From a virus (Duplodnaviria; Caudoviricetes), in the IMG/VR virus record IMGVR_UViG_3300042887_002068, positions 1 to 58,216 of that record: DNA of 58,216 bases, one strand, 5' to 3'. Made by a program: the position numbers and the translations under genes. Below the pieces are notes generated by a model, which had not been told where the DNA came from, did no database searches, and saw only the letters and a program-made list of their open reading frames with translations. Below, piece after piece: positions 19,661-30,484 of this stretch (position 1 is its first letter; each line of letters opens with the position of its first letter).

Positions 19661-20290
19661 TTAATCTCTAACATTCACCGTCACCGGTATGGATATAGAT
19701 CCTCCACTTTCATTTCCAATTACGGTTAATGTTGTGTTGGTAGTTGTGGTCAGCGAAGAGTTTGGAACGAACCTGAATCTAATACCGAGTGCGACCTGCG
19801 CGGTTGTTGAAGAAACGTCTCCTATGAATGTTGGAATGGTTGCGGTTGTAGCTATTTGCAATTGCTCGCCAATTATTGTACCAACATCTTTATTAGATAA
19901 AATTGCCGTGTATCCAAGAGTAGTATTATAAACTGGGTTAGTGCTTGGAACGATAACAATTTCTCCCTTATAGTCTTTATCTACATATATTGCACTCTGT
20001 CCAAGACTAATGACTGGTATAGATGTTTGTCCAGAAGGTAATGTGACGAGTTTATATTTCAATACTTGCGTTTCATCGGTAAACGCTTCAAACACTGGGG
20101 TATTTCGTATAGCCAAGTCATAGTATGCGGAACCTTGTGGATGATTGGGTTGATACAGGCTATAATCAATTTCATCGTCCGCCAGAGCATAAGAGTTAAT
20201 ATTCAGGCCACCTTGAGCCGCAAGTAGTTCTCTACCCTTTTTAGTAAGAACTGCATCTACAGTGATAGTTTCGTTATTGATGTACGCCAT
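19661..20290 (-). CDS. Baseplate/tail-collar-type structural protein
   Basis: VDAVLTKKGRELLA...YALADDEIDY motif, typical of tail-collar/fibre attachment proteins. Confidence 0.7.
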   Translation of the reverse strand: MAYINNETITVDAVLTKKGRELLAAQGGLNINSYALADDEIDYSLYQPNHPQGSAYYDLAIRNTPVFEAFTDETQVLKYKLVTLPSGQTSIPVISLGQSAIYVDKDYKGEIVIVPSTNPVYNTTLGYTAILSNKDVGTIIGEQLQIATTATIPTFIGDVSSTTAQVALGIRFRFVPNSSLTTTTNTTLTVIGNESGGSISIPVTVNVRD

Positions 20291-20341
20291 ATAGGTTTCT
20301 TTCTAAATAAATATATATGTTAAATCCTTTTTTTACTTATT

Positions 20342-23300
20342 TTATACTGTTTTTGATATTACCGGTTCGCTATTGTCTAATAGACCAGTTTTAGGATCTA
20401 CGGTAGTTTTTTTATTTTGGCTATGCTTTTTCCACTTGAAGCTGGTTTGAACTTTAGTTATAGGATTAGTTTGATAACTATTTATTTCCATGTTTGAAAA
20501 CTGCTGCTTGGTGTATTTGTAGTGATTATCTCTATAGCCGGATAGTAATGTGGCATTTGATGGATAATACTGCATGGAATATATCTTTCTATAGGACAAC
20601 CCTTGTGCCAACGGACCAAATAGATCTTTTGATGTATTTTCTACGAATCGCGTAAAAATAGAAGCGGTGGGAGCCTCGGCTACAAAATATAGATTGTATA
20701 CTGTTTTATCTGATACATCATTTCCTGTGTTTTCTCCGTATATATTACCTTCAAAAGTTTGGACGCCGTTATCAATATCAAAAAACCCAGAGTATATTAC
20801 ATTTTTTCCGGTATATAACATACTACCAGAAATTATTAATCCTGGATTAAATACATTACCATTTACAAAAATTGAAGAAGATGGATTCTGTAAAGTATCC
20901 AACCCAGACACTGATCCGGACATTATACCAAAAATATCGTGTGGATTCAATGTTGTGTAATCGTGCCAACCTCTCAATCCAGCATCAAAGTACAAACTAC
21001 CACTAAAATACGTTGGATTTGGAAGACTGGTATTAAATGAAGCGGTCATTGGATATCTATCCAGCGTTGGCAATTTAACAAGATTTACCTTATAGTAATA
21101 TTTTTCTATTGTTTCCGTTTTTCCTTCAAAGTCATTCAAAATTTCAGATTCAGTTAATTCGCCGTATGGCTTTACATATTTTTGATATACTTGATACTTC
21201 TTACTATATTTTATTGTATCTACTCGATAGAATTCATTATCAAAAAATGTTATACCATCTTCCGCGAATAATCTAAAACCATAAACATCATCTACAATTG
21301 GGAAAAATACCTGATTTACGTCGGAATATATAGAAGACCCTCTATATTTTACATCCAAACTTGCGCTCTTGTTGGCATCTTTTATTGCTGTGATTCTATT
21401 TACTCCATCAGCGACGCCAGTTTTTTGACCAACATCTTGTTTTACCAAAGGTTTTTGCTCAAGTTTTGGTCTTTCTAATATCGTGGGCTCAATCAGTATA
21501 CCATCTACAAGTTTGGCTCTCGCGGGAATAAGTCCGCGTATGTACTTGAACATCGCCTTATCAAAGTAAAAGCGAACGATGTTCATAAAGAAACTAAAAT
21601 CTATGTTTCCAAATCCCTGATCGTAATATATCTGCTTGAACTTTTCAAATTTGTCATACGAGCGTTTATATACATCGGCTGGATCTCCAATCAAATCTCC
21701 TAGAGGAAATTCCCCGAAGAATTTTATGATTTCAGTATTTTGTGTTTCGGATAGAGAGAAGAAAATTCCAAGTTTGTTGGAATCGACGTTAGACAATTCG
21801 CTTGCTTTGTACGATGCTCTAGTTTCTGGAGACAAATTCGTGGCAAGTTCTTGCTCTATATAATTGATTTTGTTACTTCTGAACTTGTTTGACCCATAAT
21901 CCGGCAAGTTCATTGTTATTCTTACGTCTTTGCGAGAAAATTGATATGGAAATAATGGACCTTCTGCTGGATCGCAATAAGTATTTTGCACAAGTGGTCC
22001 AGAAACCTGTGGGAAATTTATGGCAGTAAATGTTGGAAAATCATTTCTAAATGAAAGATTGTTCAGTGTTATTCCGTATGGAACTGGGTCATATAAGTCC
22101 ACCGGTCTTTCAAATGATATTCTATACAAATTTTCTGAAACCATTTGTTGTGGAGTTTCAAGATCATACGCATTTATATTTAGAGTATGCGCAGTAAATC
22201 TTTCCGTGGATAACGGAGATTCCCATATTCTTATATCGTCAATATTTCCGAAGAATGCCTCTGGGTCGATACTTAAAGATGCCGTATTTTGGTTATAGTT
22301 TCCGATATACAAATAAGATCCAGATTCGAATGAATCATTATAACTTCCGCTAAAGAATGCACTAGCAGAAACGTGAAATGTTATACGATCATCTTCGGAT
22401 TTTTGAAGTAGCAAGTCGTATCTGGTTGGATATTCATTCAATGAAGCGGTCGCACCAAATAAAGATTCAATATCATTTCTTCTGAGTAGTGCTTTATATG
22501 AATTTCCATCAAATATTGGTGCTCTGGAAGTAAGTATAGACTTTACTGCTCCTGCCCCGTCATCAATACTAAAGAACAACGTTCCCCAATCTTTTCCTTT
22601 TTCACGAACTGCCCCCATAACCCATACATCGGAACAATTTAATAATCTAAATACTTTGCCATCTTCGTGCGTCTTCTTTGTATCAAACCTAAAACTAAAC
22701 TCTATCGACTGTGCACTTCCTGTCCAGTCCAACTTAAAATATTCTCCGCTTCCACTAAAATATGGTTCGTACTTTACTTCTTCCACGATATACAGCGACT
22801 TGTCGGTTAAATCACTGACGTTTTGTATGCCACCATATTCTTTTATCTTGATTATATTTTTTGGTACTCCAAAGCACGAAATTAACGCATTCAGAGACGC
22901 TTCAGTTCCTTTTGTCTTGTAGATATATGGCAATGTATTGAGTATACGTTTCCATATTATCTGATTTCTTTGCTCTTCCGAAAACTCTCGTGCTTTTGAG
23001 TATAGCGGAGATTCTGGATCAAAATCCGATCTAGAAAATGCAGACAATATCAGCGGAAGATTGTCTTTTGATATCTCTACGTTCCACCCCAACGACTCCA
23101 GCATATCTCCCACAATGTCGGTCGATATTCCGACATTTGGCGAGCTTGATATATTATTTTTTTCCGTATATTGTTTTGCTGCCAACGAAATATTATCAAA
23201 GAAATGTCCGACCATTCCAACAAATTTGATATAGTCTGCGTTGTTGTCGGAATCTTCTACCAAGAATTGAGGAAGGTTGTTAATTAATGCTCCACCATTT

Positions 23301-25024
23301 TCTTTGTCATATAAAGACGCAGAAGTATATCCATCCATTTCTCTGGTATGTTCATCATACCACATTGGATTATCATACAAGAATTTTTCATAACCATCCA
23401 TCCCCGCTTCTATTTCATCTATTTCATTACTTGCATCGATTTTTTGTTTTAGATAAAACGTATCATCTGGGTTTATTGTAAGTTTTTCGTCTAACTCTCT
23501 TAGTTCTTCAGTAAGTTCTTCTATTCTGTTTCTTTTACTTTCGAACGCTTGTAGTCGTAAATCAGCAGAAGAAAAGTTGATGAAGTTTGTAAAGTTTCTA
23601 TAATCTGTTGTATCGATGAACCGCTGTGCCTTTCCTTCCAGCTTGCTATTCAGTTCATTGTACAAACTTCCAGTTTCTCCGATGAGTTGTTCCATGGACA
23701 ACGCTTCAGTAGAGTTTCCTTCATTCTCTATTTTGATTAGAAAATTTGGACCGCGCAAAGGTGTGGTATTTATTATCTGCCTTGAATAGTAATAAACATT
23801 TTGGACGATTGGTAAAAATGCAAAATCACAAGTAATCCACATATCTGTATTTAGTTCTACATCGTATGGCAACGGTTCGAGTAATTTCAATGCCAATACA
23901 TCATAAAACCTTGAATCGGTAGATGCGATGGATTTTCTGTTGATTATTGATATAGGCTTTTTACCCGGTATATTTAAATAATATTTAAAATATCCAGACA
24001 AGTTTACGTTATACTTTTGCTCCAGCCCAAATATTATTGGATAAAATATATTGTTGTAAAATATAGTTTGTAAAAATTCTACAATCTGTGGATATGTGTC
24101 CGGTTTTTTGTTTGTTATCCGATTTAATTCCTGGTCCACAATATACAAGAACAAGCTATAATAGTAATCGCGAATAGCACCAAAAGTGTAACCAGTTTCA
24201 TAGTTTTGATATAGCCAGTTTTTAAACTGGTCATAAATTCCAAGTACGTCGTTGTTTGCGTATTGTCCATTACTTCTTAAGTTTCCTTTCTTTACTCCGT
24301 AATATATGTCATTCAGGAAAGAAATAACATCAACGTCTTTTTTAAAACTGTAGTTTAATTTTAATTCATTCGACCCGCTTGGGTTCTGGGCGGCGGCAGC
24401 ATTATAAATCTGGTATATTTCCGGTTTGGATAATCCAAATATTAAATCGTCCGCAATTTCATTTACCTGTATTTGTGCGTTGGAAAATATATCATATTCA
24501 GTGTTGATAGTGGATTTAGTACCCTTTATAGTTTTGGGTATTATTCCTATCTCTGTTCTGTTCGTAGAAATACCATTTATGATAAGTTTATTTTCGCTCC
24601 CATTTTCATTGCCGATGATGTTTCTACCAAGTTCTATATAAAGTTTATAATTTCCATTTTGTACGCCAAGATTATTTAGATTCTTGCTTACATCAAAAAA
24701 CAATGATTGTGTTTCTGTACCAAGTATTACAAAGTCCGTGTTATACTTTTTGTATGAATATGTTATAAACTGGTTGAATACATCGTAATAAGATGACGTA
24801 TGAAATGAATATTCTCCGGTGGAATATATCATGGACGACGTAATCAAACTATCGTCTAAGTTATATACTCCAAATTTTATATAATCTTGCTCTTTCTGCC
24901 CAAATGGGAAATTTTTGAAAGTTTTTCCATCCGTGTAAAAACTTAAATCTTCTTTGCTTAAAAATGATCCAAAACTCAAAGATGAGGTAGAAGTTACGGT
25001 ATATTTTACATCTGATAAATTCAT
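20342..25024 (-). CDS. Large baseplate wedge protein with a LamG/concanavalin-like domain
   Basis: LPQFL; RILNTLPYIYKTKGTEASLNALISCFG (P2 gpI/T4 gp7-like); SIEFSFRF...FFGNIDDIRIWESPL (LamG-like). Confidence 0.75.
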   Translation of the reverse strand: MNLSDVKYTVTSTSSLSFGSFLSKEDLSFYTDGKTFKNFPFGQKEQDYIKFGVYNLDDSLITSSMIYSTGEYSFHTSSYYDVFNQFITYSYKKYNTDFVILGTETQSLFFDVSKNLNNLGVQNGNYKLYIELGRNIIGNENGSENKLIINGISTNRTEIGIIPKTIKGTKSTINTEYDIFSNAQIQVNEIADDLIFGLSKPEIYQIYNAAAAQNPSGSNELKLNYSFKKDVDVISFLNDIYYGVKKGNLRSNGQYANNDVLGIYDQFKNWLYQNYETGYTFGAIRDYYYSLFLYIVDQELNRITNKKPDTYPQIVEFLQTIFYNNIFYPIIFGLEQKYNVNLSGYFKYYLNIPGKKPISIINRKSIASTDSRFYDVLALKLLEPLPYDVELNTDMWITCDFAFLPIVQNVYYYSRQIINTTPLRGPNFLIKIENEGNSTEALSMEQLIGETGSLYNELNSKLEGKAQRFIDTTDYRNFTNFINFSSADLRLQAFESKRNRIEELTEELRELDEKLTINPDDTFYLKQKIDASNEIDEIEAGMDGYEKFLYDNPMWYDEHTREMDGYTSASLYDKENGGALINNLPQFLVEDSDNNADYIKFVGMVGHFFDNISLAAKQYTEKNNISSSPNVGISTDIVGDMLESLGWNVEISKDNLPLILSAFSRSDFDPESPLYSKAREFSEEQRNQIIWKRILNTLPYIYKTKGTEASLNALISCFGVPKNIIKIKEYGGIQNVSDLTDKSLYIVEEVKYEPYFSGSGEYFKLDWTGSAQSIEFSFRFDTKKTHEDGKVFRLLNCSDVWVMGAVREKGKDWGTLFFSIDDGAGAVKSILTSRAPIFDGNSYKALLRRNDIESLFGATASLNEYPTRYDLLLQKSEDDRITFHVSASAFFSGSYNDSFESGSYLYIGNYNQNTASLSIDPEAFFGNIDDIRIWESPLSTERFTAHTLNINAYDLETPQQMVSENLYRISFERPVDLYDPVPYGITLNNLSFRNDFPTFTAINFPQVSGPLVQNTYCDPAEGPLFPYQFSRKDVRITMNLPDYGSNKFRSNKINYIEQELATNLSPETRASYKASELSNVDSNKLGIFFSLSETQNTEIIKFFGEFPLGDLIGDPADVYKRSYDKFEKFKQIYYDQGFGNIDFSFFMNIVRFYFDKAMFKYIRGLIPARAKLVDGILIEPTILERPKLEQKPLVKQDVGQKTGVADGVNRITAIKDANKSASLDVKYRGSSIYSDVNQVFFPIVDDVYGFRLFAEDGITFFDNEFYRVDTIKYSKKYQVYQKYVKPYGELTESEILNDFEGKTETIEKYYYKVNLVKLPTLDRYPMTASFNTSLPNPTYFSGSLYFDAGLRGWHDYTTLNPHDIFGIMSGSVSGLDTLQNPSSSIFVNGNVFNPGLIISGSMLYTGKNVIYSGFFDIDNGVQTFEGNIYGENTGNDVSDKTVYNLYFVAEAPTASIFTRFVENTSKDLFGPLAQGLSYRKIYSMQYYPSNATLLSGYRDNHYKYTKQQFSNMEINSYQTNPITKVQTSFKWKKHSQNKKTTVDPKTGLLDNSEPVISKTV

Positions 25025-25242
25025 AACTCTGTAAATGTTGGGTCAATTCTAGTTTCAACCTTTACTGGCTCATATACGACATTTTTAAGTTCTATGCTTA
25101 TGGAAGAACTATACAACTGGGAAGTTGTGTTTTGTATTGTGAGGTTTGTGTATTCATCTATGTTTGGTACAATATAACCCGTGCTTAATAAGCTTTCTAC
25201 ATCCGCCTGATTATATCCAATTAGATTTGGGTTGGCTTTCAT
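25021..25242 (-). CDS. Small hypothetical protein (baseplate module)
   Basis: 73 aa; ATGA overlaps with both neighbours. Confidence 0.7.
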   Translation of the reverse strand: MKANPNLIGYNQADVESLLSTGYIVPNIDEYTNLTIQNTTSQLYSSSISIELKNVVYEPVKVETRIDPTFTEL

Positions 25243-26579
25243 CTAGAAATCTTGAATGTTGTTGGAATAGTATAGGTCAATATAGACCCACTTTGTTCTG
25301 AACGTATTTCAACCGTGTAGTATCGTTCAGACGCAAGTCCGCTTGTATCAAGCATAAAATAATTTCCTGTTGGATCACAACTCAGGCGGGTAAAATCATC
25401 ATATGGAAGTATTGTTTCTTCGCTTTCTGCATCCTTGATTTGGTAATAACTCGAAGATGGTAGATAGTATGGAGACAGATAATCGGAGAATCTGTTAGTA
25501 AATGTTTTTACTGGATATCTTTGTCTTGCGGCGACATCCATACGAACAATGGAACCGAACTTGTATTCTCTTGCCATATTCTTCATATTTACTACAGCGT
25601 CACGTAGTTGTATAGCATCCGCACTACCAGTATTGATGGTAGAATCATACCAGCATACATCAAGATATGGAGAATATATTGTATTAGTTTCTTTGCTAAA
25701 GAACTTCAATGAGCCATAATCCACAGAACTTGACTCGTCTGCGTGCATCAATATGAAACCTTCGTTTGGTATTGCTCTAGTAAGCCAAGCATTTACTATT
25801 GGAGTAACATCCATTCTTACGTCGGATGTTTGATAATCAAAGTATTGATAGCAAGCATATGAACCCGTGGATATTATGCTGGACGAAACTGGCGGAACAT
25901 AACTGCTTGTAGGACAATCTGGGAATGGGTTGTATTGGCTTATGTTTGGATACTCGGCATATCCAGAACCAGATGCGATAGAGGCACTATCCAACCACCA
26001 TACACCACCACCACTACAGTCGGTGAGAGACCCGGTATTCCACCATTTTTGTAGTTGGTCGGCACTATAAAACTTCCAGTTTGCTCCATCGGACGTTGAT
26101 GCTCCATCATACTTGTATCCAGTTCCCATTGCCCAAGATTGTGAAACAGGATATGCGGCAAGCGAATAACGAACTGGTACTTCTTGCGACTCACAAATCT
26201 TCAAGTTCAAGAAAAACTTGGGGCTGGTAATTGTTCCCGCCGCTATAGATTGCGATATTGTGGATAAGTCAAAATGTAAAAGTGCTCGCGATAAAACAGC
26301 ACCCATAGTAGTTGGTCCAGATACATCTTTATATGAACTTGATACTACTCTTGGATCCGTAGAACCAGAATCAAAAGACGCCGACTTTAGTCCATTCAAT
26401 AGTTCTATACTTGAACTGGTATAAGAAAACAATACAGGAAATGTACTTGTGCTTGAACAACTATAGCCAGAAACTCGTTTTTCAACTTCTAATAGTTCGT
26501 CCAACCCCATATTTTTGTACATATAGGTTGGATAGTTGGTTATAAACGTGTCTTTTGTTGGATATAAAAAGTAGTGCAT
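25239..26579 (-). CDS. Structural protein, DNRLRE-like beta-sandwich
   Basis: FLYPTKDTFI...SRALLHFDLS...DVTPIVNAW...NEGFIL...FFSKE..PYL pattern. Confidence 0.6.
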   Translation of the reverse strand: MHYFLYPTKDTFITNYPTYMYKNMGLDELLEVEKRVSGYSCSSTSTFPVLFSYTSSSIELLNGLKSASFDSGSTDPRVVSSSYKDVSGPTTMGAVLSRALLHFDLSTISQSIAAGTITSPKFFLNLKICESQEVPVRYSLAAYPVSQSWAMGTGYKYDGASTSDGANWKFYSADQLQKWWNTGSLTDCSGGGVWWLDSASIASGSGYAEYPNISQYNPFPDCPTSSYVPPVSSSIISTGSYACYQYFDYQTSDVRMDVTPIVNAWLTRAIPNEGFILMHADESSSVDYGSLKFFSKETNTIYSPYLDVCWYDSTINTGSADAIQLRDAVVNMKNMAREYKFGSIVRMDVAARQRYPVKTFTNRFSDYLSPYYLPSSSYYQIKDAESEETILPYDDFTRLSCDPTGNYFMLDTSGLASERYYTVEIRSEQSGSILTYTIPTTFKISR

Positions 26580-26634
26580 TTATATATTTCTTTACTTTAT
26601 AAATATAAACACCCAACAGATATTCTGTATATAT

Positions 26635-28590
26635 TTATGCTACTCTGCCTACTATATCTTTAGTTGGAAAACGTACTTCAAACACTGACGGATCTATGGA
26701 TGGATATATAACATTATCTACTGTGGCCTTTTCAGTGTCATATTCGTATTGAGAATAATCACCATCTTTTAGTGTAAGATTTTTTACACGCAACTGAGTT
26801 ACGGACTGAACGCCATCTACTTTGGCAATTTCCAGTTCCAATCTGCTAAGATTGATTGGCTGACAGAACTTAGTATTGTTTATGTCGAAATATTGCTGCA
26901 CCAGTGTTAGACAATTAGCCAAAACTTCGCGCTTATTATAGTTTTTATAAACAATAATGCTAAAATCGACGCCAATATTGATGACGTATCCATCCAACAT
27001 ATTCACGCTATCTGTAAGCATTCTATACTGATTTAGGTAGTTTTTCAGATTATTGCGTACTGCTTCGTTGGTAGGAATCAATCGTTGATTATTGTCATAA
27101 CACAACAAGTATAGATTGATAGCAAATGGGTTGTTTTTGTCTGGATTAACTTTGTTTACTGTACCCGGTGCGAAACTTCCAGACTGTAATGAGGATGGTT
27201 GTGCTTGTATATTAGATATGTCCAACTGAGTATCTGTTACTGCATAAACTTTGGCAATAGACCCATATTTTGATGGCATTGCGTATGTTCTTACTTCATA
27301 ATCTCCCTGTGTTACCGCTCTATTTTGCGCAGCAAAGTATGCCAGTGCATTATTACGAATTTCATCGTTTGTTTCTGCGGCTTTTCCTCCCGTCGCTGGT
27401 ATTGGGTTGTTTACTCGGACGGAACGACGTACCAGATTAGTTAAGTTGAATTCCAACAACCCCATTTCCGTCAAATCGCCAAAAAATTCAACAGAACTTA
27501 CATTTTTGATTGCGTTTGCATTTACGTTACTTTCTACTCCACCTCCAACTACATATCTTATCGTCAACGTCGTGTTTGAAGGAGCCTGTCCAAATGCTTT
27601 AGACGATAGAAAATTTGATGGGTCATATGCAATATTTTCTGCTCTAAAAGTCGTAGGTTTATTTACAGTAAATGCGTTTGGTATAATCAACTCGTCGTCT
27701 TTTATGCTAATACCAGACCCAAATTCCAAAAACGTTGTGTTATCTGCGTCAACGCCGGTGACAAAACGTTTTGATGTACGCAAATATCTCAACAAAAATG
27801 GCGTAGTATCTCTGTACACGGATAGAGTAACATCATTTTTATAGATATTTTCATAATCTACTGGTAGTAGATCTTGGGCAAGATAATCTGTCTCATACCA
27901 TCTATTTCCATCAGAATCATACACATCTAATACTTCTATTACATTAGTATCATCCAAGTATATCTTTAAAAATGGAACAGGATCAACAACTGATACAGTT
28001 TTTGTCAATATTTGACCAGAAAATGCATCTACACTCTTTTTTAACACAAAAAATTCTGGTTGTCCCGCAGAGTTTCTTTGAAAAACAGAAACTTCGAGTG
28101 GATCGTTTTTTGTATCTACTGTAAAATCTACGGGCGAATTAGTCAAAAATGTTACGTTAGTATCGCTCGTGGTAGACATTCCTGGTTTTATGATTTGAGC
28201 ATAATTTAGGTCAGGGACTATTTCTCCCGCATCATCCGTCTTTGCAGGAACCAATTGATATACATCCAATCTTGTAACCGAAGGTATTGTTGCCTTTGCT
28301 TTGTATCCTACCGATTTTGCCGCATCAATAATATTTTTTCTTTCCTCGGAATTTACCAACATAGATTCCTTGAATTGATAATCGATGTAATATGATAATA
28401 CGTCGCCAACATACGCCGCCATTTCCATAAACATCATTCCGGTGGACGCTTCACTGAAGTCTTTGTATGTATTAGGATAATATGTCTTGGCAAAATCCAT
28501 TAACGACTGCTTCAGTTGAGAAAAGTCTTTGTTTAGATACTTAATATCTTTCTTATCTGGTTTGAATGATTTTGGTGTATCTAATATCAT
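26635..28590 (-). CDS. Baseplate wedge subunit (T4 gp6 / baseplate J-like)
   Basis: KDFSQLKQSL, MAAYVGDVLSYYID, LEFGSG, ATGGK..ET, AQNRAVTQGDY. Confidence 0.88.
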   Translation of the reverse strand: MILDTPKSFKPDKKDIKYLNKDFSQLKQSLMDFAKTYYPNTYKDFSEASTGMMFMEMAAYVGDVLSYYIDYQFKESMLVNSEERKNIIDAAKSVGYKAKATIPSVTRLDVYQLVPAKTDDAGEIVPDLNYAQIIKPGMSTTSDTNVTFLTNSPVDFTVDTKNDPLEVSVFQRNSAGQPEFFVLKKSVDAFSGQILTKTVSVVDPVPFLKIYLDDTNVIEVLDVYDSDGNRWYETDYLAQDLLPVDYENIYKNDVTLSVYRDTTPFLLRYLRTSKRFVTGVDADNTTFLEFGSGISIKDDELIIPNAFTVNKPTTFRAENIAYDPSNFLSSKAFGQAPSNTTLTIRYVVGGGVESNVNANAIKNVSSVEFFGDLTEMGLLEFNLTNLVRRSVRVNNPIPATGGKAAETNDEIRNNALAYFAAQNRAVTQGDYEVRTYAMPSKYGSIAKVYAVTDTQLDISNIQAQPSSLQSGSFAPGTVNKVNPDKNNPFAINLYLLCYDNNQRLIPTNEAVRNNLKNYLNQYRMLTDSVNMLDGYVINIGVDFSIIVYKNYNKREVLANCLTLVQQYFDINNTKFCQPINLSRLELEIAKVDGVQSVTQLRVKNLTLKDGDYSQYEYDTEKATVDNVIYPSIDPSVFEVRFPTKDIVGRVA

Positions 28591-28997
28591 ATGTTGCTGG
28601 TGTTCATTGAAACTTCCAAGGTTTGTTGCTGTGTTACTCCAATACTAGGAACAGTGAATAACACTTTGACGCCAATAGTGTATTTATCTTTAAATTCAGA
28701 ATCGTTAGTGCTTACTTGAACATCACTTACATTGACATAAGACATCCATCTCGTGATATCTTTTCTAATCGTATTTTCTATTAACGCGGAAATATCGTCG
28801 GTATAATTTTCAAACAATACATTCCACAATCCAGAGCCAAAATCTGGATTCATTCTTCGCTCTCCTTTTTTTGTGCGCAATAACAAGTTTAAATTTGATT
28901 TTACCTGGTCTATTATGGTGTAACTTTGGTTAAAATAACCTTGTGGCCCATGTGTTATGGGTAAAGTTATGCCATAAGGTTGTATTGCTGTTGCCAT
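28587..28997 (-). CDS. Baseplate gp25-like protein
   Basis: QVKSNLNLLLRTKKGERRMNPDFGSGLWNVLFE. Confidence 0.9.
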   Translation of the reverse strand: MATAIQPYGITLPITHGPQGYFNQSYTIIDQVKSNLNLLLRTKKGERRMNPDFGSGLWNVLFENYTDDISALIENTIRKDITRWMSYVNVSDVQVSTNDSEFKDKYTIGVKVLFTVPSIGVTQQQTLEVSMNTSNI

Positions 28998-29003
28998 TTA
29001 TTT

Positions 29004-29459
29004 TTACATTGGACGCTTGGCCTTCGCCTTAGCATCAACTGCTTTTAGAAGTTTCGAATAATCTCTGGTCAACGCATTTGCTACCGCAGCGACTTCTTTG
29101 TTTTCGTTCAACGCTTCTTTTGGTAAAGTTTTTATTACATCAATTGCAGAAGGTGTGGAAGTTTGTTCTTCTATAGGAACACCTCCAACAGTTTCATTTA
29201 ATACCTGGTTCAATAATGGATTTTTTGTAAAAATTTTAGGCGCTTGAACGGCCTGTTTTTTTACAGGTTCTTCTAATCCAACGTTGAAATTTGGTTTTCT
29301 GGTTGGAATTTGATCGGCCTGCTTTCTTGTTTCAAGTATTGCCGCCGAGTTCTCTGTCATTTTTTCTGCAAGCACTTCCATCAATAGTTGTGGAAGGGCG
29401 TTATGCACTTCTTCTTTTACGATAGTTCTTATAATATCTACTAGTTCGTTCTTTTTCAT
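29004..29459 (-). CDS. Hypothetical protein with MKKNELVDIIRTIVKEE leader
   Basis: 151 aa; LNQVLNET and ALTRDYSKL segments. Confidence 0.75.
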   Translation of the reverse strand: MKKNELVDIIRTIVKEEVHNALPQLLMEVLAEKMTENSAAILETRKQADQIPTRKPNFNVGLEEPVKKQAVQAPKIFTKNPLLNQVLNETVGGVPIEEQTSTPSAIDVIKTLPKEALNENKEVAAVANALTRDYSKLLKAVDAKAKAKRPM

Positions 29460-29499
29460 ATATATGATGCTTTATATAAATATATAGTATTTTTAATAA

Positions 29500-30483
29500 T
29501 CAGCCAGTTGGCGGAAAGGTAAATGATTTAAGTGTAGATCCCGCCGTAGATGTAAATTGACTTGTTTTTATATTTGAAGTCGCCAATATACCTTCTCCGA
29601 CTTTTGGTGCAATATTGCTAACATCCGGGAATCCAGATAAATCTGGTTTTGGTGCCGGTATTTCTATTGTTTCACCGTCTTCATTTGTTGTAGTTTGGGG
29701 CGGATTTAAAGTATTAAAGTTGCTTAAAAATGAATCTTTTGCTCCGCCTACCACGCTATTAAGTTGGCCTTGTATGTTGTTTACTCCAGTAGAATCAATC
29801 GCCGTTTGCAACTGACCTAATGCTTGACCTTTAATGTCGTCTAAAACGCTACTTAACAAATGTTTCAATAATTCGGAAGGATTTGCGGACATTGCTGCTT
29901 TTATTACGGACACTGCTGCCAGCGCCATTCCCATGTTTATTTTTAATCCAGGCACAAACGGAGGAACTATACTTTTATATTTTGCTATCTGCTCGGCTAT
30001 AAACTTAGGACCAGCACCAAGATTTATACCGGCTAAATCTATGCCTGGAAATTCTGGCAGTTTGGGAAAATTTAGACCAGTCAAACTTAAATCTAATTTT
30101 GGCATACTGGCATTAAATCCAAGTGTTTTAAGTGCGTCTCCGACGGGAGGTAAAGATGTTGGAATTCCCAGTGAAGATGCCGCGCCTCCTATGCTCGTGG
30201 GTACTCCCAAACCGGACGCTGCACCTCCTATACTTGTTGGTACTCCCATAGTTTGTCCAATTCCACTCAAATTCAAGCTTGCTGGACTAGATATTGGATT
30301 TGTTATACTTAAACTCGGAGCACTAATGGATCTTAAAGATAAATCGGGTGCTGTTCCTGTTAAAAATTTAGGGGCACTTGTTCCCACACTTACCGACGGG
30401 GTACTTACACTTATTGAAGGCGAAGAAAAAGTGGTAGATGATAAAGACACTGACGGAGCCCTGACTACAGATAGTGCATTCAT
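29500..30483 (-). CDS. Low-complexity Ser/Pro/Gly-rich protein next to the spike gene
   Basis: 327 aa; GVPTSIGGAAS repeat x2-3; 1 nt from the spike gene stop. Confidence 0.7.
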   Translation of the reverse strand: MNALSVVRAPSVSLSSTTFSSPSISVSTPSVSVGTSAPKFLTGTAPDLSLRSISAPSLSITNPISSPASLNLSGIGQTMGVPTSIGGAASGLGVPTSIGGAASSLGIPTSLPPVGDALKTLGFNASMPKLDLSLTGLNFPKLPEFPGIDLAGINLGAGPKFIAEQIAKYKSIVPPFVPGLKINMGMALAAVSVIKAAMSANPSELLKHLLSSVLDDIKGQALGQLQTAIDSTGVNNIQGQLNSVVGGAKDSFLSNFNTLNPPQTTTNEDGETIEIPAPKPDLSGFPDVSNIAPKVGEGILATSNIKTSQFTSTAGSTLKSFTFPPTG

Positions 30484-30484
30484 A

